DNA of 64,000 bases, taken from contig CAWKMU010000003.1 in the NCBI GenBank assembly GCA_963850905.1, forward strand, positions 1,152,001-1,216,000. The letters are read 5' to 3'. The position numbers and the translations under genes were made by a program. A model generated the notes under the pieces. It searched no databases, was not told the DNA's origin, and saw nothing but the letters and a program-made list of their open reading frames with translations. This DNA is from an uncultured Gemmatimonadales bacterium (GTDB lineage Bacteria > Gemmatimonadota > Gemmatimonadetes > Gemmatimonadales > Gemmatimonadaceae). This document shows, piece by piece, positions 1 to 9,909 of this stretch. Each line of letters starts with the position of its first letter. Position 1 is the first letter of the stretch.

Positions 1-1127
1 AAGGCGGGGGAAGGGTTCGCGAACTCATAGAGGATGCCGTCGCTGGTGCCGAGCCACAGAGCGCTCGGCACGGTTGTGACGTTGTAGGTCACTTTGACCG
101 CGTCCGGCGCCGTTGCGAACATTGCATAGATCTCGACGGTCGCTTGGTTGGAACTGCCGGCTGCCGGTGGGCTGGCTGACAGGGTGATCACGTTGCCCGA
201 CACTGTGGCCGTAAGCCAGGTCGCACTCGTAGGCGTGATGACCGCGGCGATCGGACCCAGTGTCCCAGTGCCCCCAACCGCGGCGACGGTTACGATCTGA
301 TTGGGAGGCGGTTGGCTGCCGACGGCATTGAAGGTCACCGTCGACGGGGTGGCTGTGGCGGTCAGCAGCGGACAGGGTGAAGTGGCGGTCCAGTTTCCGA
401 TGACAGTCCCGCCTGAATTGTTCTCGGTTCCACTCGCGGAGCTCGACGTGAAGGCGCCCGTGAGCGTGTTGGTGCTTCCCGCCCCGTACCCGACATTCGT
501 CGTGAACGATGCGCTGCTGACGGTCCCGACATAGAGCGAACCGCTGTCGTTGACGGTGGCAACACGCCCCACAAACGCGTTCGAGCTGGTAATGGCGATC
601 AAGAGCGCGCCAGAGCCGTACCCGGAGCCCGCGGGTGATTCGACGCCGCAGTAAGTCGTCAGCCCAACGAGCCCCGACGCGACCACAACCACTCCCGTGA
701 GGGTCGTCGGGACCCCGAAGAGCGTGCAGTTAGCGGCCAACAGGTTGCCCAGGGTGCCGGTGCACGTGTCGCCGTTGCTGTCAGACACGGTGAACGATGT
801 CCCGGTGGCCGATCCCGTCAACGTCAACGTCACTCCGTTGACCAACGTGATGGTGATGGAGGCACTCGGTCCGCCCCGGGGCCGCACGGGGTGACTCGCC
901 GGGCCGGCTTCCACGGATCGATCGGACGCGACTCTACTCAAGCCCGCCGTTGTAATGCTCGCAGTGAACGATCCGGCGGCGACCGGGCTCACGACCGCGC
1001 CCGCATAGGTGGTGGTCGTCGAGCCGCCACCGCCGCCGCCACCGCCACCTCCGCCCCAACCTCCCCCCGCGCAGCGCCAATAGCGCTCGCCGTTCGTATC
1101 ACCGGCGCAGAGCCCCGATTGTCTCAC
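1..1127 (-). CDS. Partial Ser/Thr/Gly-rich surface/secreted protein with Ig/BACON-like beta domains (runs off left edge)
   Basis: My translation of the minus strand is open from ~1127 to base 1: poly-Gly linker GGGGGGGGSTTTTY, then beta-rich segments such as ITPTSATWLTATVSGNVITLSASPP. Absent from the ORF track because the window holds no stop. Start uncertain. Confidence 0.6.
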   Translation of the reverse strand, partial: MRQSGLCAGDTNGERYWRCAGGGWGGGGGGGGGGGSTTTTYAGAVVSPVAAGSFTASITTAGLSRVASDRSVEAGPASHPVRPRGGPSASITITLVNGVTLTLTGSATGTSFTVSDSNGDTCTGTLGNLLAANCTLFGVPTTLTGVVVVASGLVGLTTYCGVESPAGSGYGSGALLIAITSSNAFVGRVATVNDSGSLYVGTVSSASFTTNVGYGAGSTNTLTGAFTSSSASGTENNSGGTVIGNWTATSPCPLLTATATPSTVTFNAVGSQPPPNQIVTVAAVGGTGTLGPIAAVITPTSATWLTATVSGNVITLSASPPAAGSSNQATVEIYAMFATAPDAVKVTYNVTTVPSALWLGTSDGILYEFANPSPA

Positions 1128-1419
1128 CCTCTCTGGCGTGTGGCGCTGGCGCGCCCGCTGTCTGACTCCAGGTGGCAAATGCGACAGTCGCGCGTCAGAA
1201 AGCGAGGAGCGCGGCCTGGTGGCGCACACGCCATCCCGGCCGCCAAATTTGAGGTTTCGTAATCGAAGACATCGGCGACGAGCTTTCCATCGACGTGCCT
1301 GCTTCCTCGGGTCCACGTATCAGCATCTGTGCGTGAAGTCGAGCATCTCGGTCAGTTCACGATGATCAACGACGCCCTCGTGGGCGACCCGCGAACACCT
1401 CGGACTCTGGGACGCTCAG

Positions 1420-2697
1420 ATGGTCGAAGGCTCGAAATACCAGTACAGCTCACTCGACGCGATCGACCCGACCCCCGACCAGCCGGCGGGTCCCCGAGAG
1501 GGTCGACCTCCACGCGAGAAAGGCCGTCTTCGAGACGCGCGTCATTGGGTATCAGCCAGCCGCCGCGCTGACGCGGGGATGAGGGCGGCTCCGGTCCGAT
1601 TCACGCAGGACGCCTCGCTCGCAACGGCGCGGGAGGCGATGCAGGAGATGAAGGCACGAGTCGCCGACTACTTCGCCAGTCGTCAGATCTCGTCCAAGGC
1701 GAACGCCGCGATGGTCGTCAAGGGTGTGTGCCTTGTCGCGCTGGCCGTCGTCCCGTACGCGCTCATTCTCTCCAACCGTTTCAACGCTTGGGGCATGCTG
1801 GGTCTCGCCATCCTCATGGGCATTGGGATCGCCGGGATCGGGTTCGGGATCGCCCACGACGCGCTCCACGGCGCGTATACCTCCCACGCTCGCTTGAACG
1901 ACGTCCTGGGCCTCTCCTTCGACGCCCTCGGTGCGAGCAGCTACATGTGGAAGATCACCCACAACATCGTCCACCACACTTACACGAACATTCACGGCGT
2001 GGACGAAGACCTCGCGGTCTCACCTCTACTCCGTCTCTCACCGAACGCCGAGCGACTGTGGTTCCACCGATTGCAGCATTTCTACGCGTTCCCGCTGTAC
2101 GCCTGCACGACGCTGTTCTGGGTGTTCGTTAAAGACTATCAGCAACTCCTTGGGCAGGATCTGGGACCCTACCGCGACAAACAGCACGACCGCCGGCAGG
2201 TCGCGATGCTCTGTGGCGCCAAATGCGTTTACTATAGCTACGCGCTCGCCATCCCCTTGGTGATCGTCCATCTCCCCTGGTGGCAGATCCTCGTCGGATT
2301 CTTGGCCATGCACCTGACCGCGGGGCTGATTCTGGGGATGGTGTTCCAGCTCGCGCACATTGTCGAGGACACCGCGCATCCGGTACCCGACGACGCGGGG
2401 CGTATGGCCACCGACTGGTGGCTGCACGAGATGCACACGACGGCCAATTTTGGCCAGCGCAATCGACTGCTCTCGTGGTATGTCGGTGGTCTGAACCACC
2501 AGATCGAGCACCACCTGTTCCCGAAAGTCTGCAGCGTGCACTACCCCGCGATCAGCGACATCGTGCGTGACGTCGCCCAGGCGCATGGCCTTCCGTATCA
2601 CGCCCAGCCGACATTCCGGGCGGCCCTCGCCTCCCACTATCGCATGCTGCGGCGGCTGGGGTCAGCGGGCACCGTCATGGGCGGACAGGCCGGATAG
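1420..2697 (+). CDS. Membrane fatty-acid (acyl-CoA) desaturase
   Basis: Three His boxes HDALH, HNIVHH and HQIEHH plus TM segments. True start may be further downstream (~1579). Confidence 0.92.
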   Translation: MVEGSKYQYSSLDAIDPTPDQPAGPREGRPPREKGRLRDARHWVSASRRADAGMRAAPVRFTQDASLATAREAMQEMKARVADYFASRQISSKANAAMVVKGVCLVALAVVPYALILSNRFNAWGMLGLAILMGIGIAGIGFGIAHDALHGAYTSHARLNDVLGLSFDALGASSYMWKITHNIVHHTYTNIHGVDEDLAVSPLLRLSPNAERLWFHRLQHFYAFPLYACTTLFWVFVKDYQQLLGQDLGPYRDKQHDRRQVAMLCGAKCVYYSYALAIPLVIVHLPWWQILVGFLAMHLTAGLILGMVFQLAHIVEDTAHPVPDDAGRMATDWWLHEMHTTANFGQRNRLLSWYVGGLNHQIEHHLFPKVCSVHYPAISDIVRDVAQAHGLPYHAQPTFRAALASHYRMLRRLGSAGTVMGGQAG

Positions 2698-2730
2698 GCG
2701 AGCGGTTTGCCTAGGTCTCCGCTGAACGGC

Positions 2731-2762
2731 GGGGTCTGGGGTCAGGGGTCAGGGGTCAGGGG
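2731..2762 (+). repeat. Heptamer tandem repeat (GGGGTCA)x~4
   Basis: ggggtct ggggtca ggggtca ggggtca gggg, between convergent genes. Confidence 0.85.
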
Positions 2763-2859
2763 GACCTGCTCCCAGGAACTCAGGGGAGTTCGTGCTGTCG
2801 AAGCCCGAAGACGCACAACGTCGTGATGGTATTGCCTGACAGTCCGCGGCCACACCCAC

Positions 2860-4272
2860 CTATTTGATCCCCTGAATTGTCGCCGCCGGAGTAGCGTCGA
2901 AACTCCCGCCCAGCGCCAAGTCCAGGTTGACGCGGGTCAGTCGCTGAACGCCGTGCAACCTGGTGAGGTCAGCTTCGTTGACCAGCTGGTCGGCCTGGAG
3001 ATTCGTCACCCACAGCATGTCTCTCCGACCGGCCAAGTACTGCTCGGTGGCGATGCGAACGGCCTCGGCGCCGGCGCTCACCGCATTGGTTTCAAGCGGC
3101 AATTGCCTGGCCAGCAACTGGTCATTGGCCAGCAGGTCTTCCACCTCGCCGAAGGCTGTCAGCATGGCGCTGCCGTAGTGTGCGACGGCCTCCACTTCGC
3201 GCGCGCTCGTGATTCTGATCTTGGCGTGCAGCGCTCCGCCTTCAAAGATCGGCATCGTGATACCGATCGCCGCCGAGGCGAACCATGGGTTGAGGTTCAG
3301 CAACGACAGCAACTGGTCGTCGAGGCGGCCGGCCCCCAACGAGATCGATAGGTCGGGCCGAAGCGCCAGCTTCGCGGCTTCCTCTTCGCGAAATGCCGCA
3401 AGCACGCGGCGCTCCGCCGCAACGATGTCTGGGCGGCGCTCGAGCAGTGTTGCCGGAACGCCAGTCGCCGGCGTTGGGGGCAAGTTCGGGTACGCGACAG
3501 CCACTTCGATCTCGGCAGCGGGGTAGCGTCCCAGTAAGACCTCTAGGGCGCGCCGCGCCTCTCCAAACGATTGGCGCGCCGATTCAACCTGGCTCATCGC
3601 CGATTCCAGCCGGGCGCGGGTGTCGGCAACCTCGAGGTCGGTGTCTTTGCCCGCCGACCGACGTATCGTCGTTAGCTCGAGTAAATGGCGGTAGATCTCG
3701 ACGGCTTGCTCGGCGAGGGACAGCAGTTGGCGCGTTTCCGTGCACAGATACCATGACTTGGCCACTGTCGCGACGAGTGACTGGCGGGCGAACGCGTAAT
3801 CGAGCGCGGTGGCTTGGAAGCCGGCCGCGGCTGCGGCGCGCTGGGCGCGGAGCTTCCCCCAGATGTCTGCTTCCCACGCCACGCCGGCGTAGGCGCGCGT
3901 GCCGTTGAAAGTCGAGTCTTGACTCAGGTCACGGGTCGTACGCCCACCGATCTCCACCCCGATCTGAGGCAGCAGCTTCGAGCCGACCACGACGACTGCC
4001 TGCTGGGCGACCGCTACTCGCTCTGCCGCTTGGCGCAGGTCGAGATTGTTTACCAATGCCTCGGCTACTATCGCATTTAGCGTCGGGTCGTTCAGTGTGT
4101 GCAACCAGGCGTCGGTGACCGGACCGTTGCCGACTTCAGCTCTCCACGCGGCTGGGATACTCGTTGTCTTGGGCAACGCCTGCTGCACGACCTCGTTGTG
4201 CTCTGGAGCGTGCGAGAGCGAACAGCCAGCTGCCGCAGTGCCAAGTGCGGTGACGAGCACCCACGCGCGCAT
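2860..4272 (-). CDS. Outer-membrane efflux factor (NodT/OprM/TolC family lipoprotein)
   Basis: ATG at 4272 overlaps the upstream TGA. Lipobox AAAGC; motifs NNLDLRQA, WEADIWGKLR, LLERRPDIVAAE, LALGG. Confidence 0.92.
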   Translation of the reverse strand: MRAWVLVTALGTAAAGCSLSHAPEHNEVVQQALPKTTSIPAAWRAEVGNGPVTDAWLHTLNDPTLNAIVAEALVNNLDLRQAAERVAVAQQAVVVVGSKLLPQIGVEIGGRTTRDLSQDSTFNGTRAYAGVAWEADIWGKLRAQRAAAAAGFQATALDYAFARQSLVATVAKSWYLCTETRQLLSLAEQAVEIYRHLLELTTIRRSAGKDTDLEVADTRARLESAMSQVESARQSFGEARRALEVLLGRYPAAEIEVAVAYPNLPPTPATGVPATLLERRPDIVAAERRVLAAFREEEAAKLALRPDLSISLGAGRLDDQLLSLLNLNPWFASAAIGITMPIFEGGALHAKIRITSAREVEAVAHYGSAMLTAFGEVEDLLANDQLLARQLPLETNAVSAGAEAVRIATEQYLAGRRDMLWVTNLQADQLVNEADLTRLHGVQRLTRVNLDLALGGSFDATPAATIQGIK

Positions 4273-5426
4273 CAGCCCGGGAATGGATATACCCAGTTGA
4301 ACCAGCTGTAAGCCCGGATGCCGATCTTGCGCAGGGGGACAAACCAGCTGGCAGGATTCGTGTAGATCGTCGCGCGTCCCTGTGTCCCAATCGGAAACTT
4401 CGACTGATCCGGATCGTCGAGCCGGATCGCCACCGCGAACTGGCCCTGTGGGATTTGGGTGGACACCGCCCTGAAATCGGGCAATGTGCCGCTTGGCAGC
4501 AGCTGGCCCGCGCCACTCCCCTGCCAGATCGCCTGCACGCTGCCCTTGAAGATCTGGCCTGGATACAAGTCGATCGCAGCTTCGACCGACTGCCCAGGCT
4601 TCACGTACTTCAGGGTCTCTTGGAAGAACGTGGCGAGCAGGTATCGGTCGGCATTGCAAATGAAGGTGGCGATGGCGCCGAAGCGGATGTCACCCGCGAC
4701 CATTCCGGGCCGCACCTGAAGATTGACGATGTAGCCGTCTTCGGGCGCCACCATCACAGTGTTGTCGAGATAGAACCGCGCCTGATCGAGCTCGGCTTGT
4801 GTCGTCGCCACCGCGGTGTTCACGCCGCCGATCTCCGACTGGTAGCTGAGGCGCGCCCGCTGTTCCTCGCCCTGGGCTTCCTTGATCGCCGCGCCGTCGG
4901 CGGCCACTTGTGCGCTCCATTTCTGCAGGTCCTCTTCCGGTCCAGCGTTCTTCTTCGCCAGATCTCCGGAAATCTTCTCCTGGTATTTCGCGTACACGAG
5001 CTCACTCCGGAGCCTCGCTACTTTCTCTGCCGCCACCTGAATATCGGCGGCCATGATCCGGACGTTCTGTTGTGCTTGGGCGAGTTGAGCCTCGAGCTGT
5101 TGGACCTTGGATTCGTAGATGCGCCGATCGAACTGGAAGAGCGGTGTCCCTTGCTTGACATGGACGTTCGGCGCCACGAGCACGGCAGTCACGAGAGTCG
5201 GCTCCGACAGGCGCGGGGTCAGTTGGATGGTGTGCTGGACAATCTTCGCCGTGGTCGCGAGGGGTGTCATGAAACGCAGGCCGATCATGAAAATGATCAG
5301 CAAGTGCAATCCGACGAGCGCCGAGACGACCCCCCATGCGATGCTGAACTTCAGCCATTTGAATTTGAAGAAGACCAACCACACCGCGACGGCGTAGATG
5401 GAGACCAGCACGAGGCCGGCAATCAC
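4272..5426 (-). CDS. HlyD-family membrane fusion protein (YibH/YiaV-like)
   Basis: Two N-terminal TM helices, lipoyl halves (VKQGTPLFQFD, APEDGYIVNLQVRPG) and a coiled hairpin. Confidence 0.9.
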   Translation of the reverse strand: MIAGLVLVSIYAVAVWLVFFKFKWLKFSIAWGVVSALVGLHLLIIFMIGLRFMTPLATTAKIVQHTIQLTPRLSEPTLVTAVLVAPNVHVKQGTPLFQFDRRIYESKVQQLEAQLAQAQQNVRIMAADIQVAAEKVARLRSELVYAKYQEKISGDLAKKNAGPEEDLQKWSAQVAADGAAIKEAQGEEQRARLSYQSEIGGVNTAVATTQAELDQARFYLDNTVMVAPEDGYIVNLQVRPGMVAGDIRFGAIATFICNADRYLLATFFQETLKYVKPGQSVEAAIDLYPGQIFKGSVQAIWQGSGAGQLLPSGTLPDFRAVSTQIPQGQFAVAIRLDDPDQSKFPIGTQGRATIYTNPASWFVPLRKIGIRAYSWFNWVYPFPG

Positions 5427-5438
5427 GGCTTCGTCCGC

Positions 5439-5822
5439 TTACGGTTTCTGGGGACTGGTCGAGGGGTCCGCGGTGCTCGCTGACCGCCTCATCACTTCGG
5501 GCTCCACAGCCACTGGGTGGCCGCGGAGGCGCGCCAGCTCTTTATCGATGTCCCTGTCTTCCACATTGGGGAAGCGCCGAATGTCGACGACGTTGGTTGG
5601 CTTGAACGCCCAGATGAAGGCCTGAATCCACGGAATGATTGTCGGCAGCAAGCCCGCCCAGCCAAGCAGTTTGACGGCTTCAGCCTCGGGGTGTTTGCGA
5701 GCGAGCGCAATCCGTCCTGGCAGGCCCGCAAGCCAGATAAAAGCTCCGAGCACCGCGAAGCCGGCGAGTGCTGCCGTGGCAAACGTCAGGTAGTCCCAAA
5801 CGTCGAGCTTAAACCCGAGCAC
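5439..5822 (-). CDS. DUF3302 (YibI/YiaW-like) inner-membrane protein
   Basis: Motif LPGRIALARKHPEAEAV..GW.G...PWIQAFIWA, in its usual position directly upstream of a YibH-like MFP. Confidence 0.85.
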   Translation of the reverse strand: MLGFKLDVWDYLTFATAALAGFAVLGAFIWLAGLPGRIALARKHPEAEAVKLLGWAGLLPTIIPWIQAFIWAFKPTNVVDIRRFPNVEDRDIDKELARLRGHPVAVEPEVMRRSASTADPSTSPQKP

Positions 5823-6215
5823 GCCGCTTCCCCTCTGCCTCGAATTCGCCGTAGCTGGGAGGGATGCGCGCTATCGAGGGCGAGCGCCACCGGATTAAGG
5901 TCTACACGGCGTGCCGAGCTCAAGGCCGTGATCGGAATGGACTGGTACTAAGCGTCGGATGACGTCCTCACCGCCGGTCTCACACTGGGCATGCGCATCC
6001 TGCCACTACGCGGCGTTACGCGATGCACTCTCCGGAGCAATTGCTCGAAGAGGACGCAGACCGTATCGCACGGCACATGGCCTCAGCGAGACAAGGCCGC
6101 AACCGGCCCTTCGCATCGAGCTGCAATATCGTTTTGGCCGTGCATCCGACACACTGCGAAACGAGCGCCGCATACGGGCGCTCGCAAACTCATTGCTGCT
6201 TTGGGACTTGGCGCA

Positions 6216-6288
<73 letters not shown>

Positions 6289-6451
6289 CCTGAGCTAACA
6301 AGCGCGGAGACATAGTGTTACGACCTCCCCGCGTCTTGCGGCCGCCGACGGGCCGTATCCAAATCCGGCGCGGCTCGTCGAAGAACGAGAGCGGGAAGGT
6401 AATCGCGCCGGCGGGACGCGAAAACCCCTGCCGCACAACGAGGAAACTGAC

Positions 6452-6682
6452 ATGCGTCACCGAATCCGGGCCGTGCACATGCTGCTGGTGGTGGGGTCGT
6501 TCGTGTCAACCATGACGCTCGCGGGATGTTTCCATGGCGGACCGCCCAACCCGTGGGTGCATGTCGAGGAGCCACGGTACGAAAAGTGGGAGCACGCGAC
6601 GCATCGTTCACACGTGCAATTCCAGACCCGCGGCGAGGATGAGCAGAAAGAGTATTGGCAGTGGAGAAGCAATAATTCCTGA
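6452..6682 (+). CDS. Small putative lipoprotein (76 aa), W/H/E-rich C-terminal domain
   Basis: GAGGA RBS, signal peptide with lipobox LAGC, and clear similarity to the paralog at 7043-7286. Confidence 0.75.
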   Translation: MRHRIRAVHMLLVVGSFVSTMTLAGCFHGGPPNPWVHVEEPRYEKWEHATHRSHVQFQTRGEDEQKEYWQWRSNNS

Positions 6683-6685
6683 GGA

Positions 6686-6864
6686 GCTGGACGCTGGACG
6701 CTGGACGCTGGACGTGGACGGTGGACGCTGGACGCTGGACGCTAGACGCTAGACGCTGGACGCTGGAGCTGGACGTCGGACGGTGGAGACAAACCTCGAG
6801 GCCAGCCGCGGTGACGCAGCTGGCCTCGAGTTTGTTCTTCTGGCGTCTAGCGTCCAGCGTCTAG
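6686..6864. repeat. Heptamer array (CTGGACG)x~14 + central hairpin + three inverted heptamer copies
   Basis: Array 6686-6787; hairpin ACAAACCTCGAGGCCAGC...GCTGGCCTCGAGTTTGT 6789-6835; cgtctag cgtccag cgtctag 6844-6864. Confidence 0.9.
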
Positions 6865-6928
6865 GTAATCCATCTGTATCGATGGATCGGTCGAGATCGA
6901 CACACCTGCCGTTGCTCGCGCAACCAAA

Positions 6929-6944
6929 CGGCACGGATGCTGCT
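6929..6944 (+). promoter_or_regulatory. Possible sigma54 -24/-12 promoter
   Basis: CGGCACGGATGCTGCT fits GG-N10-GC (consensus TGGCACG-N4-TTGCW), ~100 bp upstream of the ATG at 7043. Confidence 0.4.
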
Positions 6945-7042
6945 TTATCGGCCGCATTCATCGCAGCCCGCGGACGTCGAAGTGGCACGATCGCGGGGCG
7001 CGATCAGCGGCCACCCTTGTCCCCCCAAGGAGGAAACGCGGT

Positions 7043-7286
7043 ATGCGTGCACGCTTTCATGGTCTCACCTTGACGTTGTTGTTCGCCGGCCTCGCATCCG
7101 TCACGACCGTCGGCTGCTATCATCACCATGACTACGACTACCGTCTCCGTTCACTGGACGACCGGCGAAGAGCCGTACTACGAGAGCTGGGAAAGGGAGA
7201 CGCATCGCGATCACAGGGACTACTCGCAACGCAGCGCTGACGAGCAGCACTCGTATTGGGACTGGCGGCATAGTCATCAGAGCTGA
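7043..7286 (+). CDS. Small putative lipoprotein, paralog of 6452-6682 (one frameshift at ~7125-7145)
   Basis: AAGGAGG RBS and MRARF...TVGC lipobox. The alternate frame continues VSVHWTTGEEPYYESWERETHRDHRDYSQRSADEQHSYWDWRHSHQS* to the TGA at 7286. Confidence 0.75.
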
Positions 7287-7345
7287 CACGCCGGGATCAA
7301 CGAGGGGTCGGGGGACGACAACCGGGCATGACCGGGTGCGACGGT

Positions 7346-7484
7346 GGGCGGCCTAAAGGCCGCCCCTACATGTCGGTGCGGACGGTGGGAAAACTGGGTG
7401 GTCTACGGACGTTTCGTTCGTGCGTCGAAGAAAAGATCGAGATGCTGTCTGCAGCAACATGTAGGGGCGGGCTTCAGCCCGCCC
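7346..7484. repeat. GTAG-type REP doublet (REPIN-like), copy 1
   Basis: GGGCGGCCTAAAGGCCGCCC-CTAC, 91-bp spacer, GTAG-GGGCGGGCTTCAGCCCGCCC. Confidence 0.9.
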
Positions 7485-7545
7485 GGTTGTTGTTGTGAGT
7501 CGTCCTCGCTGATCCTGATCCCCGACCCCACCGTTCCGTCTCGAG

Positions 7546-9909
7546 TCACTGCGTCCCCAGCAGCACCGTCCCATTGTCCCCGACCACATACACGTTCAAT
7601 GCCGACGTGCCAAAGACCGCGAGGAGATTCCCTGCGCTGGACGGTGTCGGCATGTTGAGCCACGTGCTGCCGTTATAGTGCTGCACGGTGCCGGCGTCGC
7701 CGACAGCGTACGCGTCGGCGGTGTAGCCGGTCGGCGGGGCGTCCGCCCACACGCCACGCAGCGTGCCCGTCGCACCGCTGGTCATGGCGGTCCAGCTGCC
7801 TGAGCCGGTGTAATGCACGATGCTGCCGTTCGTTCCAGCGGCATACACATCCGAGGAAGAGCTGCCGAACACGGCATCCAGGTTCGTGATCCCGGAGGGC
7901 ATCGTCATCGCCGTCCACGACGATCCAGAACCGGGATAGCGGTAGGCCGCACCGGCCGACGTCACCGCAAGCACGTTGCCGGCGCTGCTTCCCCACACGC
8001 CCTGCACAGTTGCATTCGACGGCAGCGACAGGTCCGTCACTGACGCGCCATTGTAATGGCCAACGGTGGCATTGGTCGCACCGCCGTAGACGTTGTTGCT
8101 CGCTGTACCCCACAACGAATACAAGTCCAGGTCGAAGGCGAACGGCGACCAACTGCCGCCCACGTACAGCGCGGCGTCGCCTTGTGAGCCACCGACGTAG
8201 ATCGTGTCCGCCGCGCCCGCGCCAGTCCCCCAGATCGCCGTCATGCTATCACCAGGCGACACATACGCGTTCGTCCAGCTCGTGCCGTTGTAGTGCAGCA
8301 CCGTCCCCAGCGTTGCGAGCCAGACGTCCGTTGCGCTCGAGGCCCAGACGGCGTTGAAGCTCAGCCCACTTTGCGTCGAGACCTGCCATGCGCCGCCGCT
8401 GTACGACAACAGACTGCCCTCGGCGCCGACCGCCCACGGCGTCGTGCTCCCAGCCGCCACCGACGACAGCGAGATACCGGTATTCGGGCCGATGACCGAC
8501 CAGGTCGATCCATTGTAGAGCAGCGTCGTTCCGTTCGCGCCGAGTGCCCATACGTTGGTCCCCGACGTCCCGCCAACGCCATTCAGCCGCGCCGTCGTTC
8601 CGCTCGTCTGGGTCGACCAGGCGGTCCCGTTGAAGTGCAGGATCGTGCCATTTGCGCCAATGGCAAACACGTCGGTCGCGGCGTCGCCCCACACACCACG
8701 GAGTTGGCGCGATGTGCCGCTGGTTTGCTGGACCCACGAGGCCCCGTTGTAGAACAGGATCGTTCCCCCTGCGCCGACCGCCCACACATGCGCGCTGTCG
8801 GTTCCCCACACCGCGCGCAAGTTGTTGTTGACGCCCCCGGGGATCGACATGCTGCTCCACGTCCCTCGCGAATAGCGCAGAATCGTCGGGCCCGCGCCCA
8901 CCGCGAACGCAGTGCCAGCGCTCGCGGCCCACACACCATTGAGGGTGTTGTTGGACGGGGTGTTGACCAGCGTCCACGCGCCCGCGGTGTCGCGAAGGGA
9001 GATGCCGTTGTCGCCGACCACCCACACGGATGGCACCGCGGCGCCGCTCAGCCCGGAGACGGCGCGGAAGCCGCCAGACTTGGGGGGCGTCACCGTGGAC
9101 CACGTCGTGCCATTGTACTCGAGGAGTGATCCGCTCAGACCGACGGCGTAGACGTCGCTGGCCGACCGCATCCACACGCTCGTCAACGAATCGTTCGTCA
9201 GCCCCTGCCACAGCGTGACCCAGCGCCGAATACTGTGTTCGGCCGGAAGCGCGGCGTCCACCTCGACTGAGAAAGTGAAGTTGGTGACGGTGCCGGTAAT
9301 TTTGAGCTGCCAGGTCTTCGGCGCGGTCGTGGCGGCTGGCGCGATCGGCGAGGTGTATTGATAGTAAGGTTGAGGCTGCGACTGCGTGAAGAACCCGGTG
9401 CCGTCCGCGTTGTTCACCGTTACCGTTCCCACGCCCTTGGTGACGGCAGGCAAGGTGTAGAAGAAGACGCGTGTCGCCGTCGAGGTGGGATGCACCCCGT
9501 CGGTCGTCCCGAGCGGCTGGTTGAGGAGGTTCGTCAGCGTGGAATTGAACTGGAAAATGCCGGTGCTCGCTGAATAGCTGAAATTCGAGAGTGCCAGGGT
9601 CACGTCAATGTTCTGCCGCCCGACAATGACGTCAAATGGTGCGACGCGACCGCCTCGTGCGCGCAGCGCGCTGCGCCCGGCAGAGCCGCCAGTAGCGGCG
9701 TTCACGCAGGACACGGACGGCTGGTTCTGTCCCGACAACGTCGCGGTGCAGGCCAGCACGGCGCGCGCGTTCGGAGTCGGTGTCCCGGTCGGCCCTGCAC
9801 CAGTCGGCGGAGTCGCTGGCCCAGTGACGTCCCGCGAATCCGCGCACGCCGCGGCCGCGGTGATGACCCCAGCGAGTATCAGAGCGTGCCACCCGTTGCA
9901 TCGCGTCAT
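7546..9909 (-). CDS. Secreted lipoprotein with N-terminal beta-sandwich and many beta-propeller blade repeats
   Basis: Lipobox AAAC and about 13 repeats of L.GVWG.S..DV.AVG..GTILHYNG..W. Confidence 0.85.
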   Translation of the reverse strand: MTRCNGWHALILAGVITAAAACADSRDVTGPATPPTGAGPTGTPTPNARAVLACTATLSGQNQPSVSCVNAATGGSAGRSALRARGGRVAPFDVIVGRQNIDVTLALSNFSYSASTGIFQFNSTLTNLLNQPLGTTDGVHPTSTATRVFFYTLPAVTKGVGTVTVNNADGTGFFTQSQPQPYYQYTSPIAPAATTAPKTWQLKITGTVTNFTFSVEVDAALPAEHSIRRWVTLWQGLTNDSLTSVWMRSASDVYAVGLSGSLLEYNGTTWSTVTPPKSGGFRAVSGLSGAAVPSVWVVGDNGISLRDTAGAWTLVNTPSNNTLNGVWAASAGTAFAVGAGPTILRYSRGTWSSMSIPGGVNNNLRAVWGTDSAHVWAVGAGGTILFYNGASWVQQTSGTSRQLRGVWGDAATDVFAIGANGTILHFNGTAWSTQTSGTTARLNGVGGTSGTNVWALGANGTTLLYNGSTWSVIGPNTGISLSSVAAGSTTPWAVGAEGSLLSYSGGAWQVSTQSGLSFNAVWASSATDVWLATLGTVLHYNGTSWTNAYVSPGDSMTAIWGTGAGAADTIYVGGSQGDAALYVGGSWSPFAFDLDLYSLWGTASNNVYGGATNATVGHYNGASVTDLSLPSNATVQGVWGSSAGNVLAVTSAGAAYRYPGSGSSWTAMTMPSGITNLDAVFGSSSSDVYAAGTNGSIVHYTGSGSWTAMTSGATGTLRGVWADAPPTGYTADAYAVGDAGTVQHYNGSTWLNMPTPSSAGNLLAVFGTSALNVYVVGDNGTVLLGTQ

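Noticed and set aside
6686..6864. Repeat array as CRISPR
   Set aside because: Contiguous 7-bp units with no unique spacers, and no cas genes in the window.
7344..7663. ORFs with repeated GGLKPAPT peptides (also near 17447-17988 and 56213-56467)
   Set aside because: The peptide similarity comes from translating the REP palindromes.
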